From an uncultured cyanobacterium (GTDB taxonomy: Bacteria > Cyanobacteriota > Cyanobacteriia > PCC-9006 > JAAUQQ01), in the NCBI GenBank assembly GCA_963718615.1, contig OY970368.1, positions 4,832,001 to 4,896,000 of the forward strand: a DNA stretch of 64,000 nt. The letters are read 5' to 3'. Within the stretch, counting starts at the first letter, position 1. Every line of letters starts with the position of its first letter. Below the pieces are notes generated by a model. The model was not told the DNA's origin. It did no database searches and was given only the letters and a program-made list of their open reading frames with translations. Below, piece after piece: positions 41,063-51,978 of this stretch. The position numbers and the translations under genes are program-made.

Positions 41063-41446
41063 ATGGCCCCTACCCCAGACCACCTCGCCGCATTGGATGA
41101 CCAACTCTCCCAGCGCTTCATCGAACTAGATCCCGCTGGATATTTCATCATTTATCTCGATCGTGCCGCCGGCATGATCTGCGCCGATCACTATACCAAT
41201 GCCATCAACAACCAAGGACTCGCGATCGACCCCGAAACCGGTGAGGTTTTAGCCTGCAAGGGAGCCGTCAAGCGGTTACCAACCACCACCTATCGAGGCC
41301 GGACAGCCAAGGAAATCGGCATGAAGATTACGGAAGAGGCCCAACCCATTCCCTTAACCAAGCTAGACCATGCCCTGTATCTGGGTCGAGAATTTGTCCG
41401 AGCGGAGCTGGCCCTCTTAAGCGGCGCAGACTATGTCCAGGACTAA
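41063..41446 (+). CDS. DUF4346 family protein
   Basis: LSQRFIELDPAGYFIIY, LDHALYLGREF.RAE, YVQD. Confidence 0.85.
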   Translation: MAPTPDHLAALDDQLSQRFIELDPAGYFIIYLDRAAGMICADHYTNAINNQGLAIDPETGEVLACKGAVKRLPTTTYRGRTAKEIGMKITEEAQPIPLTKLDHALYLGREFVRAELALLSGADYVQD

Positions 41447-41604
41447 ATTGCTATCCAGGACTCCATTCAAAACTAACGTGCAGCTCAAAACTGAACCGCG
41501 TACTGCATAAACGTTCTCCTTTCCCCCGAATAAAACAGTAACAATCCATGGGCACGAGGCTCTAAGGGACTGGGTTTGCGACTGAATCAGCGGGGGGAAA
41601 TACC

Positions 41605-41778
41605 ATGAACTGCAACTGGAAATGCCTATTCGTTAAAGTTAGCCTCTGGATCGCCAGCGAAATTATCCTCAACTGCGTCGGCCTGGACATGATTGCAGAC
41701 TACAGCGAATTTCTACAAGCCCAGCAAGACGCTGCCCTACGTCCTCCTGTGGTTCCGGTTTTAATCGCCCAAGCCTAG
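41605..41778 (+). CDS. 57-aa small membrane protein (below ORF-track cutoff)
   Basis: MNCNWKCLFVKVSLWIASEIILNCVGLDMIADYSEFLQAQQDAALRPPVVPVLIAQA; G-rich RBS; W...EI.LN..GLD..ADYSEF pattern recalled from cyanobacterial hypothetical proteins. Confidence 0.65.
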   Translation: MNCNWKCLFVKVSLWIASEIILNCVGLDMIADYSEFLQAQQDAALRPPVVPVLIAQA

Positions 41779-41819
41779 AGCGCCTCCCCCCAGCCTCACA
41801 TCCCCAGCCTTACAGGCCC

Positions 41820-42998
41820 CTAAGCCGTCGCAAATTTAATCTTGAGATAGTCATCCTCCATCTTCGCCCCCGCAGGCTGGAGTGCCGCTAGGGCCTGGGG
41901 CAAAACCAGGTTTCGCCGATGGTTGCCAATGCGAATATTGAGCTCGTCACCAGTTTTGCTCAGTTCCACCTTACTTTTGGGAATACCGGGCAGATACACC
42001 TCTAGGCTGTATTGATTGTCGAGCTGAACCACCCGCAGCGTTGTTTCTTTGTAGTAAACCTGGGCCGCGTCTTCATCGCCATAGAGGGTCTCTTTCAAAC
42101 GCTCCAGCGCTTCTAAACCACACATTTCTTCCGAATAGAGCGGCACTTCTTTCACCGGCAGAGGCCGGAAATTATCGTGGATCTCCTGGCGGTACTGCTG
42201 CTGATTTTCTTTCCAGCGCTGGAAGAAGGGGTCGGTGACGCTGTCGGGGATAATCCGGTTCGCCACAACCATATCGGTACCGACGTTGTAGAGGCTGAGA
42301 TAGGCATGGGCGCGCAGGGATTCTTTGATCACCATCTTCTCGGGATTGGTCACCAGACGGACTGAAGTTTTTGTGGGATCAGTGAGGACTTTTTCTAGGG
42401 CTTCAATTTGCTCATAGAACTCGTAGGGGGCATCCATCACTTCTTTATTTGGCAAAGAAAAACCCGCCACAGGCCGAAATAAAGGTTCAACCAAGGGTCG
42501 CAACGCCGCCGACACCGCCTGAAGCGGTTTGTAAAATCGCCGCATGTACCAGCCTGCAACTTCGGGTAAACTGAGCAACCGCAGCGCCGTTCCGGTGGGG
42601 GCCGAATCGATGATCAAAACATCGTATTCCCCCTCGTCGTAGTGACGCTTCATGCGCACTAGGCTAAAAATCTCGTCCATCCCCGGCAAGATCGCCAATT
42701 CTTCTGCCTCAACCCCCTCTAGGCCCCGCGCCTGCAGCACCTGGGTGATATAGCGTTTAACCGCACCCCAATTGTCTTCAAGTTCTCGCAGCGCATCTAG
42801 CTCTGCCCCCCAGAGATTGGGCTTGACTAGACGGGGTTCATGGCTCATTTCGAGGTCGAAGCTATCCGCCAGAGAATGGGCGGGATCCGTGCTCAGGACC
42901 AGCGTTCGATAGCCCAACTCAGCGCAGCGCAACCCCGTTGCTGCCGCAACAGAGGTTTTGCCGACACCGCCTTTTCCCGTCATCAAGATTACGCGCAT
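41820..42998 (-). CDS. ArsA/GET3/TRC40-family ATPase with C-terminal HSP20-like domain
   Basis: [22 protein letters not shown]. Confidence 0.95.
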   Translation of the reverse strand: MRVILMTGKGGVGKTSVAAATGLRCAELGYRTLVLSTDPAHSLADSFDLEMSHEPRLVKPNLWGAELDALRELEDNWGAVKRYITQVLQARGLEGVEAEELAILPGMDEIFSLVRMKRHYDEGEYDVLIIDSAPTGTALRLLSLPEVAGWYMRRFYKPLQAVSAALRPLVEPLFRPVAGFSLPNKEVMDAPYEFYEQIEALEKVLTDPTKTSVRLVTNPEKMVIKESLRAHAYLSLYNVGTDMVVANRIIPDSVTDPFFQRWKENQQQYRQEIHDNFRPLPVKEVPLYSEEMCGLEALERLKETLYGDEDAAQVYYKETTLRVVQLDNQYSLEVYLPGIPKSKVELSKTGDELNIRIGNHRRNLVLPQALAALQPAGAKMEDDYLKIKFATA

Positions 42999-43321
42999 GG
43001 AAGCCCCAGTCGGTTCTGTTAAGATTCTTTACTTCAACCCTTCCTATTTTAAGGGTTAGAGCCTTGATCTGCCTGTCCCTCCGCAGAACCCCGGAGGCCG
43101 ATTCGAGCCCTTTCTTTCGCTCCCAGATATTCGGCGGAGCGTTTTGACCCACATTTTCAGGTGCTCCCGCAAAAACAAGCCATTTCAGGGAATTCAGGGC
43201 CACCGGCACAACGCTATGATGCCGAATAGAAAGACGTGAAATCATCAGGAATGGCATCTCCCAAACCTGTCATGCCCAGGTCATTCCCAGCAAGCATTCC
43301 CAGTAAGGGGGCTCCACAACC

Positions 43322-46198
43322 ATGCATCGTTTGCCTTGGCCCTGGCAACGAATTCGCAGACAAGCTAGCGCGTTTGTGCCTGGGACGCTGGCATCATTTT
43401 TTGTGCTGTTGTTGTTTTCGGTTCATGGCTGGGATGCGGCTGAACATGGGGTCTATCGACTGCTGTTTCATTTGCGGGGTGCCCGGAGCTGGGACGATCG
43501 CCTGGTTCTGATTGCCATTGATGAAGCCAGTGTGCGGACCTTGGGTCGTTATCCTTGGCGTCGCGATCGCTACACCGACCTGCTCAAAACCCTCCAACCC
43601 GCCCAACCCGCCGCCCTGGGCTTAGATGCCCTGCTGTCAGAATCGACACCGGAAGATCCAAACCTCGCCCAAGCCATCGACAACCATGGCAATCTAGTCC
43701 TTGCCTCTGCCTTTGATGCCGATCTGCACAAGCTACAGCCAGTGCCCCAGCTGCAAGAGGCGGCAGCCCTCGTGGCCCACATCAACCAAGATAGCGATGA
43801 AGATGGTATCAGCCGCCGTAATTTTCTCTATGCAGGTGAAATTCCTTCCCTAGGGCTAGGGATGCTTCAGGTTTACGAGGAGCAGTTAGCCAGTACGGTG
43901 GGTCAATCGCTGTCAGAGCCACTCCAGTTGCCGCTGCCGACCCCCCAAGCCCAAGCAGAAAATCAACCGCTTTGGATTAACTGGCCGGGTCCCGCCCAAG
44001 GCTTAACCGCCTATTCGTTTCAGGAGGTTTTGGCCAACAAGATTCCGTTAGAGAAATTTCGTAACAAAATTGTTTTTGTGGGTGTGACCCTAGGGGGGTG
44101 GCCGACGTTGCGCACGCCCTTTGATCAAGATCCGCCGACCTCTCAGATTTATCTCCATGCTGCCGTTGCGGATAATCTGCTGCAAAAGAATGCGCTGTAT
44201 CCGTTACCAAGACCGGCCACGATGCTAGTTTTATTGGCGTTGGGACCCAGTCTGAGCCTATTACTCCATCGGCTGAAGCTCCGAAGACAGTGGGTGGTGG
44301 TGGCGATCGCCAATCTCTCCTGGGGCAGTCTAGCTTGGATTCTCTTCACTCAAAATCTCTGGATACCCGTTGCGTCCCCCCTTGCCGTGCTGCTGATTAC
44401 GGGCAGTATTTCCATTCTCAAAACCCAGCTCCAAACCACCGCGCAGCTCCAGGCCCGCAGCGAACTGCTCGCCACCATGAGTCACGAAATCCGCACGCCG
44501 ATGAATGCGGTGATTGGCATGACGGGTCTGTTGCTCGATACCCCACTCAACAGCGAACAGCATGGGTTTACAGAGGTGATCCGCAGCAGCGGCGAATCGC
44601 TTTTGGCGTTGATTAATGACATTCTCGATTTCTCTAAAATGGAATCTGGGCAACTCTTGCTAGAGACGAGTCCGTTTGAACTCCGTCGCTGCTTAGAAGA
44701 CTCGCTGGATTTGGTCGCGACCCAGGCCACGGTCAGAGGGCTGGAACTCGCCTACTGGATGGATGAAAAAACCCCTGAAGTGATTGCAGGGGATATTACG
44801 CGGCTGCGACAAATTTTGCTCAATTTGCTCAGCAATGCCGTCAAGTTTACAGAAACCGGGGAGGTCACCGTCACCGTCCGCGCCCAACCCGTGGAGCTGA
44901 ATCCTAGCGCATCGACCCAGGGGTGCGCACCTCGGCTGTGGCAACGCTGGAATCCGGAGATCGTTCAAGCAAGAGGGGTCTTTCAACGGCAACAGCAATG
45001 GGCAGCGCGCTATCCCGAATTGATGGAATTGGGGCCATTGTATCGGCTGGAGTTTGCCGTGGCGGATACGGGTATTGGGATTCCGGCCAATCGACTCGAT
45101 CGCCTGTTTCGACCCTTTAGCCAGGTGGATGCTTCGACGACTCGGCGCTACGGTGGCACGGGGCTGGGATTGGTGATTAGCGATCGCCTCAGTCGTCTCC
45201 TGGGGGGCAACATGGGCGTGGTCACCCGCGATGGCGAAGGACGCTGGGGCCAAACGGGCAGTCCGTTGGTGCTCCATTCCCCGGAGGAGCGATCGCAACC
45301 CGGTGCCACGTTCTATTTCACGATTTTGGCTCCATCCATTTCCACCGTTTCCACCATCAGGGTCGACCAAGACCTACTCAGCGGTAAACGGCTGCTGATC
45401 GTGGACGACAACCTCACCAACCGACAGATTCTGACCCTCCAGGCCAAGAGCTGGAAGATGCAACCGGATGCCGTGGCCTCGGGAGAGGAAGCCCTGCACC
45501 ACCTGCGCCAAGGATTGGCCTACGACATTGCCATTCTTGACCAGCAAATGCCGGAAATGGATGGGGTCGAGCTGATTCAGCGGATTCGTCAACAGCGCGA
45601 ACTGCGTCAATTGCCCCTGATTTTGCTAACCTCTCTGGGCAATCATGACCTGGGTGTTCCCGGTCTGGAACAAGAGCTCTCGGCCCTCCTCACCAAACCC
45701 GTGAAACAAGCGCAGCTCTATGAGGTGGTTTACCGCTGTCTCCGCGCCGGGGGAAGCCCAACAGAAGCTTCGGCAGCCGCCCTGCAATCCCAACCAAATC
45801 GGGGCGATCGCGACCTCGCGACCCAACGCCCCTTGCGGGTGCTGTTAGCCGAAGACAATCGGGTCAATCAGCAGGTTGCACTCAAGCTGCTCAGCCGCCT
45901 GGGCTACCGAGCCGATCTGGCCGCCAATGGCGCAGAAGCCCTCGCAGCCCTACGTCGCCAATCCTATGATTTGATTTTGATGGATGTGCAAATGCCGGAG
46001 ATGGATGGCCTCGAAGCGACGCGACAGATCCGGCGGGAATTTCGTCAGCAGCCCTACATTATTGCGCTGACGGCGAGTGCTTTAGAGCGCGATCGCACCG
46101 CCTGCTACGAAGCCGGAATGGACAGCTATCTCAGCAAGCCCTTCCGCCTCAACGATCTAGTCGAAGCTATTCGCCAAATCCCTCCGATCGAAACCTAA
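43322..46198 (+). CDS. CHASE2-domain hybrid sensor histidine kinase with two receiver domains
   Basis: LIAIDE.S...LGRYPW.R, three TM helices, [17 protein letters not shown], two REC domains. Confidence 0.93.
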   Translation: MHRLPWPWQRIRRQASAFVPGTLASFFVLLLFSVHGWDAAEHGVYRLLFHLRGARSWDDRLVLIAIDEASVRTLGRYPWRRDRYTDLLKTLQPAQPAALGLDALLSESTPEDPNLAQAIDNHGNLVLASAFDADLHKLQPVPQLQEAAALVAHINQDSDEDGISRRNFLYAGEIPSLGLGMLQVYEEQLASTVGQSLSEPLQLPLPTPQAQAENQPLWINWPGPAQGLTAYSFQEVLANKIPLEKFRNKIVFVGVTLGGWPTLRTPFDQDPPTSQIYLHAAVADNLLQKNALYPLPRPATMLVLLALGPSLSLLLHRLKLRRQWVVVAIANLSWGSLAWILFTQNLWIPVASPLAVLLITGSISILKTQLQTTAQLQARSELLATMSHEIRTPMNAVIGMTGLLLDTPLNSEQHGFTEVIRSSGESLLALINDILDFSKMESGQLLLETSPFELRRCLEDSLDLVATQATVRGLELAYWMDEKTPEVIAGDITRLRQILLNLLSNAVKFTETGEVTVTVRAQPVELNPSASTQGCAPRLWQRWNPEIVQARGVFQRQQQWAARYPELMELGPLYRLEFAVADTGIGIPANRLDRLFRPFSQVDASTTRRYGGTGLGLVISDRLSRLLGGNMGVVTRDGEGRWGQTGSPLVLHSPEERSQPGATFYFTILAPSISTVSTIRVDQDLLSGKRLLIVDDNLTNRQILTLQAKSWKMQPDAVASGEEALHHLRQGLAYDIAILDQQMPEMDGVELIQRIRQQRELRQLPLILLTSLGNHDLGVPGLEQELSALLTKPVKQAQLYEVVYRCLRAGGSPTEASAAALQSQPNRGDRDLATQRPLRVLLAEDNRVNQQVALKLLSRLGYRADLAANGAEALAALRRQSYDLILMDVQMPEMDGLEATRQIRREFRQQPYIIALTASALERDRTACYEAGMDSYLSKPFRLNDLVEAIRQIPPIET

Positions 46199-46584
46199 AC
46201 CGGCAGATGTTGACGCAACACGTTTAGGCGAGAAATATCCCAAACGTCAATGTGGGAGATAACTTGACCTGCCGGATTGAGCCGCATCTCGGTCCGTCCC
46301 GGAATGGAAATTCGCGGTCGCCAGGGTAAAGGCGTAGTCCAGTGCAACGTCCAGCGGGTTTGAATCAGAGAGTCCGACTGAGCGATCTCATGCAAATCGA
46401 GCTGAGGTTCCTTGAACCAGGTTTCGATAAATCCCACCATTTGGCGATAGCGATCGAGGCCGCGAAACGTAGTCATCGGATCCTTGAAATAAACGTCTTC
46501 GGCGTAAATCTCGTAGGTTGGATTTTTGGGAAATCGGGCGTAGTCCGCCTTGAGGATGTCGAGGATTGGGCTCATGGCAGTCAT
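46195..46584 (-). CDS. DUF2358 (SnoaL-like) protein
   Basis: [11 protein letters not shown]...[18 protein letters not shown]. Confidence 0.88.
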   Translation of the reverse strand: MTAMSPILDILKADYARFPKNPTYEIYAEDVYFKDPMTTFRGLDRYRQMVGFIETWFKEPQLDLHEIAQSDSLIQTRWTLHWTTPLPWRPRISIPGRTEMRLNPAGQVISHIDVWDISRLNVLRQHLPV

Positions 46585-46609
46585 CGTTTAGGTCTGCTCC
46601 GGTTTAGGT

Positions 46610-47632
46610 CTACTCCGATTGATGGCCCACCACTTCTCGCACCCGATAAATCGGTCGGTTTTGGGATTCGTGATAAGTGCGAATTTGCAGTTCAGCCAAC
46701 AGACCAAAGCAGAGCAATTGAACTCCGCCAATGATCAGGATGGCAACGAGTATAAGGAGGGGGCGATCGCCAATGGCCGCTCCGGTCCACAATTTCAGAA
46801 ACGTTAAATAAATCCCCAGCACCACCCCGATCACAATCGACAGCAAACCAAAGAAGCCAAACCCATGCATTGGCTTGGTTAAAAACCGCTTCATGAAGTA
46901 AATCGTCAGTAGATCCATCACCACCCGCAGCGTCCGACCCAGGCCATATTTACTTTGGCCAAACCGACGGGCATGGTGACGCACCGGCATCTCGGTGATC
47001 CGGGCACCTTCCATAAAAGCTAAGGCCGGTAGGAAGCGGTGCAGTTCCCCATACAGATTCATATCCGCCACCAGTTCCGACCGATAGGCCTTGAGCGAAC
47101 AGCCATAGTCATGGATCTTGACCCCCGTGACGCGGCCAATCAGCCAGTTGGCAATTTTGGAGGGCAATAGGCGCGTGAGGGCGTCGTCCTGGCGATGTTT
47201 GCGCCAGCCGCTCACCAGGTCATAGCCTTCGTTGAGTTTGGCCAAGAGCATGGGAATATCCGCTGGGTCGTTTTGCAAGTCTCCATCGAGCGTAATGATC
47301 GCTTCGCCCACAGCATAGTGAAACCCCGCCGCCATGGCTGCCGTTTGGCCATAGTTTTTACGGAGGAGCACAGCCCGCAGATCCTGGCGCTCCGCCGCAA
47401 ACCGCTTCAGCAATTCCACGGAGCCATCGAGGGAGCCATCATCCACCAAAATAATTTCGTAGCTCAGGCCCGTCCCCTTTAGGGTCTGGGCGATCGTGTC
47501 AATCAAGTGAGGTAGACTATCGACTTCGTTATAAATCGGTACCACCACTGAAACATCCAAGCGGCCATCGGCGGCCCGGTTCAAGGTCGGCGAATAGGAC
47601 CGGGTCTGAAGCGACAGAAGCGATGCGTCCAT
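46610..47632 (-). CDS. Glycosyltransferase family 2 (ArnC/DPM1-like)
   Basis: SVVVPIYNE, VDDGS.DGS, NYGQTAA, LDGDLQNDP, two C-terminal TM helices. Confidence 0.93.
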   Translation of the reverse strand: MDASLLSLQTRSYSPTLNRAADGRLDVSVVVPIYNEVDSLPHLIDTIAQTLKGTGLSYEIILVDDGSLDGSVELLKRFAAERQDLRAVLLRKNYGQTAAMAAGFHYAVGEAIITLDGDLQNDPADIPMLLAKLNEGYDLVSGWRKHRQDDALTRLLPSKIANWLIGRVTGVKIHDYGCSLKAYRSELVADMNLYGELHRFLPALAFMEGARITEMPVRHHARRFGQSKYGLGRTLRVVMDLLTIYFMKRFLTKPMHGFGFFGLLSIVIGVVLGIYLTFLKLWTGAAIGDRPLLILVAILIIGGVQLLCFGLLAELQIRTYHESQNRPIYRVREVVGHQSE

Positions 47633-47725
47633 GGAGAACCCTATACGGCTAAACGTAGTAAAAGTTTACAGGTTGAGGGACAGGGGGAACCATTGGGGCT
47701 CCTTCTTAGCCCCTAACCCTTACCC

Positions 47726-48565
47726 CTAGCCCTTAGCCCTGTAACTTTCCATGACCCGGCCTGCCCCGCGAAACAGGGCGTAGTAAGCTCGGCTCACGGG
47801 ATGGGCCGCTTCATCCCCTCGCAATTCGTCAATGCCAATACCGTTTCGTCCCATATCCTTGCCGGAACTGTGAATATACTGGCCTTCACCGAGGTAGAGG
47901 CCCACATGGGTGGCCTTGGCGGGGGGACCGAAGAACACCAGATCACCGGGCTGCAAGGGCGTGTAGTCGAGGCGATCGCCCCCCCATTCCATGGGACTTT
48001 GCACGGTCTCTTCCACGGTCTTTTTCACGGCGATCGCCCTCACAAACGCCTCCTGCTGATAGGCATCTCGCGGCAACCAAATCCCCTGGGACTGAAACGC
48101 CGCCTGCATCAAACCGGAGCAGTCATAGTGGGGCGCAACGGTCCCTCCCCATAAATATTCATTGGCAACCCCTTGGGCAGCCCAAGCAAATTGCACAATG
48201 GCCGGAAGTCGAGCTTCAATGTCAGCCCGAGCTACAGCAATCGGCTGATAGGGCCGATCCGCTAGCCTCAACGCCTCCAGATCCGCCACCGCTAACCAAG
48301 CAGGATAGCCATCCTCTCGCAAGGTTACGGCCAGTGCCTGGGGCATTCCTGAGGTTTCTGAGGCTTCTGAGGGATCTGAGAGATTTAAGGGCTCTAAGAG
48401 GCATTCCACCTCGGTCAAGCCGGTTAGGCACAGTTGGCGATCGCACCCCGCCTGAGTCGCTAGGCGATCGCACCGGGGCGAGTCATAGAGATTCAGATTT
48501 CGCGTCACACAAAACTCCGATGCAGGATTAGCTTGTAGCGCTTGCAGAACATCAGCAATCGTCAT
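47726..48565 (-). CDS. NlpC/P60 (C40) peptidase
   Basis: YLWGG....YDCSGLMQ, LPRDAYQQ, PGDLVFF, THVGLY. Confidence 0.9.
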   Translation of the reverse strand: MTIADVLQALQANPASEFCVTRNLNLYDSPRCDRLATQAGCDRQLCLTGLTEVECLLEPLNLSDPSEASETSGMPQALAVTLREDGYPAWLAVADLEALRLADRPYQPIAVARADIEARLPAIVQFAWAAQGVANEYLWGGTVAPHYDCSGLMQAAFQSQGIWLPRDAYQQEAFVRAIAVKKTVEETVQSPMEWGGDRLDYTPLQPGDLVFFGPPAKATHVGLYLGEGQYIHSSGKDMGRNGIGIDELRGDEAAHPVSRAYYALFRGAGRVMESYRAKG

Positions 48566-48929
48566 GACAGGGCTCAAAATAGCTTGTTCAACAGGGATAG
48601 TAATGCCAACATCATCTATTTGTAGAGATTGACAAATCAAGCAGTGTAAAAAGGCTATGCAATAAGGTTGTGCAATATTGTGTTTATTAAAAAACCTCTG
48701 CTTGCAATAAAACGCAATGTTTACAAACCTTGAATTTTCTCTGTTTAAGACGGCTTTTTAATGGGAAAACTTCAATCAGGAAATCCGTAAATTTCCTTTA
48801 GCCTCCCCCCAGCAAAGGCGATAGATTGGGAGCACTGGAACGTGGGTCAGCCCAATCTTACTTAACCCTGAACCTTATCGACTGGACTGGGTGCGCCCTT
48901 CGGATGTACAACCTCGCTGCATCAGGATT

Positions 48930-49691
48930 ATGCAAAACACAATTAAGCTATCTGCTCAATCTTATTCATTCCCAACTCATCCTGAAGGGGTACTCTATGC
49001 GGCTTACCGGGCTTTCCGTAATCGGCTCAATCTAGCAGCAGCCGATCGCGTTTTTTTCAACGTTGATCAATATTGTCAGGCCCTCAATCACAAAGCGGAA
49101 GGGAGCATCGTTCTTCATCTGCGTAAGGATCTGTATTTAACGGTTCGGAACAATATATGGGATGCGGAAAGTCTGCACGAGGTCTTTGTTGCCCCTCGTT
49201 TTCTCAAAAATCTTCGTCTCCGCAAACAGCCAACCATTGTTGAACTCGGTGGATATATCGGTGGTTTTTCCATCTATGCGGTGAAATCGCTGAAGGCCAA
49301 AAAAGTCGTTGTCTACGAATCCAATCTAGAGAATTTTGAAGTCTTAACCCAAAACGTGGTTAACAATTCCCTTGACCATCGGGTTGTGACAATCCACCAA
49401 TCTGCCCATAGCCTCAGTCAGATTTTGAATCAACAGGAAATTGATCGCATTGACTTGCTGAAAATTGATGGTTCGCGCGAACCGCTGGACTGGCTCATTC
49501 AAACCCCCGCTGAATCTCTCCACTGCATTCAGAATCTGATGGTGACGCTTCCCCAGGATAACGTCACAAAAACCACCGAACTGCTCAGCCACCTGCGAAC
49601 AGCCGGTTATCGCGTGCGGACCGATGCCGCGATCGCCTATGCCACCCTACCAGAAATCTCCGCAGTGCTCCGCCTATACCCGAAGGGTTAG
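48930..49691 (+). CDS. FkbM-like methyltransferase, C-terminus extended by IS left end
   Basis: IVELGGYIGGFS, VYE....NF..L..N, IDLLKID. Confidence 0.7.
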   Translation: MQNTIKLSAQSYSFPTHPEGVLYAAYRAFRNRLNLAAADRVFFNVDQYCQALNHKAEGSIVLHLRKDLYLTVRNNIWDAESLHEVFVAPRFLKNLRLRKQPTIVELGGYIGGFSIYAVKSLKAKKVVVYESNLENFEVLTQNVVNNSLDHRVVTIHQSAHSLSQILNQQEIDRIDLLKIDGSREPLDWLIQTPAESLHCIQNLMVTLPQDNVTKTTELLSHLRTAGYRVRTDAAIAYATLPEISAVLRLYPKG

Positions 49692-49810
49692 GGGGTGGTG
49701 AAGCGGAGCGCGACCGCAGGAAGCAACTAACAGAAATCTCCGCAGTGCTCCGCCTATACCCGAAGGGTTAGGGGGTGGTGAAGCGGAGCGCGACCGCAGG
49801 AAGCAACTAA
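49651..49810. repeat. 80-bp perfect tandem duplication of the IS200/IS605 left end
   Basis: CAGAAATCTCCGCAG...GAAGCAACTAA at 49651-49730 and 49731-49810. Confidence 0.95.
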
Positions 49811-50220
49811 TCAATCTCGGCCTGCTGTTGAATATATTGCCTGAGAACAGATATAGAGGCTCCGCCACAAGAAATAATGCAGTAGGAACGACTCCAAAAA
49901 ATCGGCTTATCTCGGTAGATCTGATTAAGGTGTTCACCAAACTCTTTCCTGAGTAACCGACTAGAGACAGTTTTTAAGTTGTTCACCAACTTCGACGGCT
50001 GAACCTTGGGATTGATCGAGATAAGAAGATGAACATGGTCAGCCTCCCCATTAAACTCAAGCAGGTTGCCATCCCACTTAACGAGCGTCTGCGCGAATAT
50101 CTCTCGCATCCTTTCCAGCATGGGTTTCGTGATGCACTTTCGTCGGTACTTAGTGCAAGCGACTAAGTGGAATTGAAGATTATAGGAGCAGTGGTGGAGG
50201 GTGTTTAACGGTTGCGACAT
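49807..50220 (-). CDS. tnpA: IS200-type HUH (Y1) transposase
   Basis: HLVACTKYRR, EADHVHLLI, FWSRSY, YIQQQ. Confidence 0.95.
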   Translation of the reverse strand: MSQPLNTLHHCSYNLQFHLVACTKYRRKCITKPMLERMREIFAQTLVKWDGNLLEFNGEADHVHLLISINPKVQPSKLVNNLKTVSSRLLRKEFGEHLNQIYRDKPIFWSRSYCIISCGGASISVLRQYIQQQAEID

Positions 50221-50247
50221 TGTGGGCGACTAAGCTAGAATAAGACC

Positions 50248-51435
50248 ATGCTAACACTGACCTATGAGTACAAACTGAAGCCAACCGCTCAGCAGATTGA
50301 GGAGCTAGAAAATAGCTTGGATGTTTGCCGAAAAGTCTGGAATTATGCCCTGAAAGAGCGCAAGGACTGGATTGCTTCAAGAAAGTGTCCTATCAATGCT
50401 TGCTCAATTCGGGGTGAGTACATCATGGCGGCGGATGCTCCCTATCCCGGTTTTGCTCACCAGTGCAAATCCCTGACCCAAGCCAAGAAGACTAATCCTG
50501 ACCTCAAGTCTGTCAATGCTCAATCCCTTCAGCAAGTGCTGAAGACTTTAGAAAAAGCATTCAAGGATAAGGCAGAACGGGGGTTTGGGTTTCCTCGGTT
50601 TAAGAAGTCGGGGCAAATGAAGTCGTTTCTGTTTCCTCAATTGGGTAAGACTCCACTGGGAGACGGGTGGGTAAATCTTCCCAGTATTGGGAAAACTGCT
50701 ATCCGGCAGTCTCGGCCCTATCCCGAAGGCTTCCAGGTGAAGCAGGCCAGGATAGTGAAGCGGGCGTCAGGGTTTTATGTGGTGCTCTGTTTTCAAGCGG
50801 AGTTGTCCATTCCCGATGTGCCATTGGTAGGTCAGTGTGTGGGTGTCGATGTAGGGTTGGAATATTTCCTGTCAGCCTCGGATGGCTTGCAAGTTCATTG
50901 TCCTCGGTTTTTCGTTGACCTGCAAAGCGAGCTGAAATTGCTGCAACGCAGACTCAAGAAAAAGGTGCTGGGGTCGAAGAACTGGAAAAAGCTTCAGCTT
51001 AAGATCGCAAAACTGCATGAACGAATCAGCAACACTCGCAAGGATTTCCACTTCAAGATTGCTCATCTGCTCTGTGACCGGAGCGATGTGATTGTGGTGG
51101 AGAATCTGAATCTAGTGGGCTTGTCCCGTGGCATTTTAGGCAAACACATGCTCGATGCTGGCTTGGGACAGTTCCTGAATCAGATTTTGCCCTGGGTGTG
51201 TTTTAAGCGAGGGAAGGGGTATCTAAAAGTGGATGCCCGTGGAACCTCTCAGCAATGCCCTGATTGTGGTCATGCTGTCAAAAAGACGCTTTCAGACCGT
51301 TGGCATAATTGTCCCCATTGCGGGTCATCGATGCCTCGGGACATTGCGAGTGCAATTGTAATCAAACAAAGAGCCGTGGGGCGCACGGTTCAAGAAAAGG
51401 CTTGTGGAGACGGTCTAGCGGGGGTGGCGGCATGA
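50248..51435 (+). CDS. tnpB: RNA-guided endonuclease TnpB
   Basis: YEYKLKPT, GFPRFK, VGVDVG, VVENL, TSQQCPDC..CPHC, RD. Confidence 0.95.
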   Translation: MLTLTYEYKLKPTAQQIEELENSLDVCRKVWNYALKERKDWIASRKCPINACSIRGEYIMAADAPYPGFAHQCKSLTQAKKTNPDLKSVNAQSLQQVLKTLEKAFKDKAERGFGFPRFKKSGQMKSFLFPQLGKTPLGDGWVNLPSIGKTAIRQSRPYPEGFQVKQARIVKRASGFYVVLCFQAELSIPDVPLVGQCVGVDVGLEYFLSASDGLQVHCPRFFVDLQSELKLLQRRLKKKVLGSKNWKKLQLKIAKLHERISNTRKDFHFKIAHLLCDRSDVIVVENLNLVGLSRGILGKHMLDAGLGQFLNQILPWVCFKRGKGYLKVDARGTSQQCPDCGHAVKKTLSDRWHNCPHCGSSMPRDIASAIVIKQRAVGRTVQEKACGDGLAGVAA

Positions 51436-51541
51436 AGGTGCTGTTATCTAGCCAAGAGTCTGTGAAACAGGAATCTCCATCCATATCGCCTAGCGATTGG
51501 GTGGATGAGCGTCAACTTAACCGTCTTGCAACAATACAACC

Positions 51542-51898
51542 TTAGTCTTGTAATGTCGCAGGGGGCGGATTGCGCCGGGTTTGACGTTGCTTAAACAGAC
51601 TGCACACCACATCCACAGCGTCATCCTGCCAATAGGGAATAAAGGTGGCATCGTTGGGTAAACGGAGGCGATCGCGACAGTCATACTTTTCAATAGGACG
51701 CACCACGCCATCAACGCTGACCTTCGCTCGGTACTCCCAAAACCGCTTGGCACTGCGTTTCATCCGCAGAATACAAATTTTATGACTGTTAACCACTCGG
51801 CATAGGGGTAACGCCTCCACCGGCAAAACAGCCACACTCCACCAGGCCCAGATCGTTATCCAGACCACAATTCCAACTTTCTGGAGCTTTTTACTCAC
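51542..51898 (-). CDS. Hypothetical secreted Cys-containing protein
   Basis: Signal-like N-terminus; CR.....ICI...KRSAK.FWEYRA...YDCR pattern. Confidence 0.7.
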   Translation of the reverse strand: MSKKLQKVGIVVWITIWAWWSVAVLPVEALPLCRVVNSHKICILRMKRSAKRFWEYRAKVSVDGVVRPIEKYDCRDRLRLPNDATFIPYWQDDAVDVVCSLFKQRQTRRNPPPATLQD

Positions 51899-51978
51899 TG
51901 CGTTGCCATTTCAAGGGAGACTCCACGATAGCGATTTTGCGCCTGGGAAATCAAGCCTGGGAAATCAAGCCAGAGAAC

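Larger units (their letters stand above)
49651..51515. mobile_element. IS200/IS605-family element (divergent tnpA/tnpB)
   Basis: Left end follows CTAC; subterminal hairpins; right end ...GAGCGTCAA; no target duplication. Confidence 0.88.
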
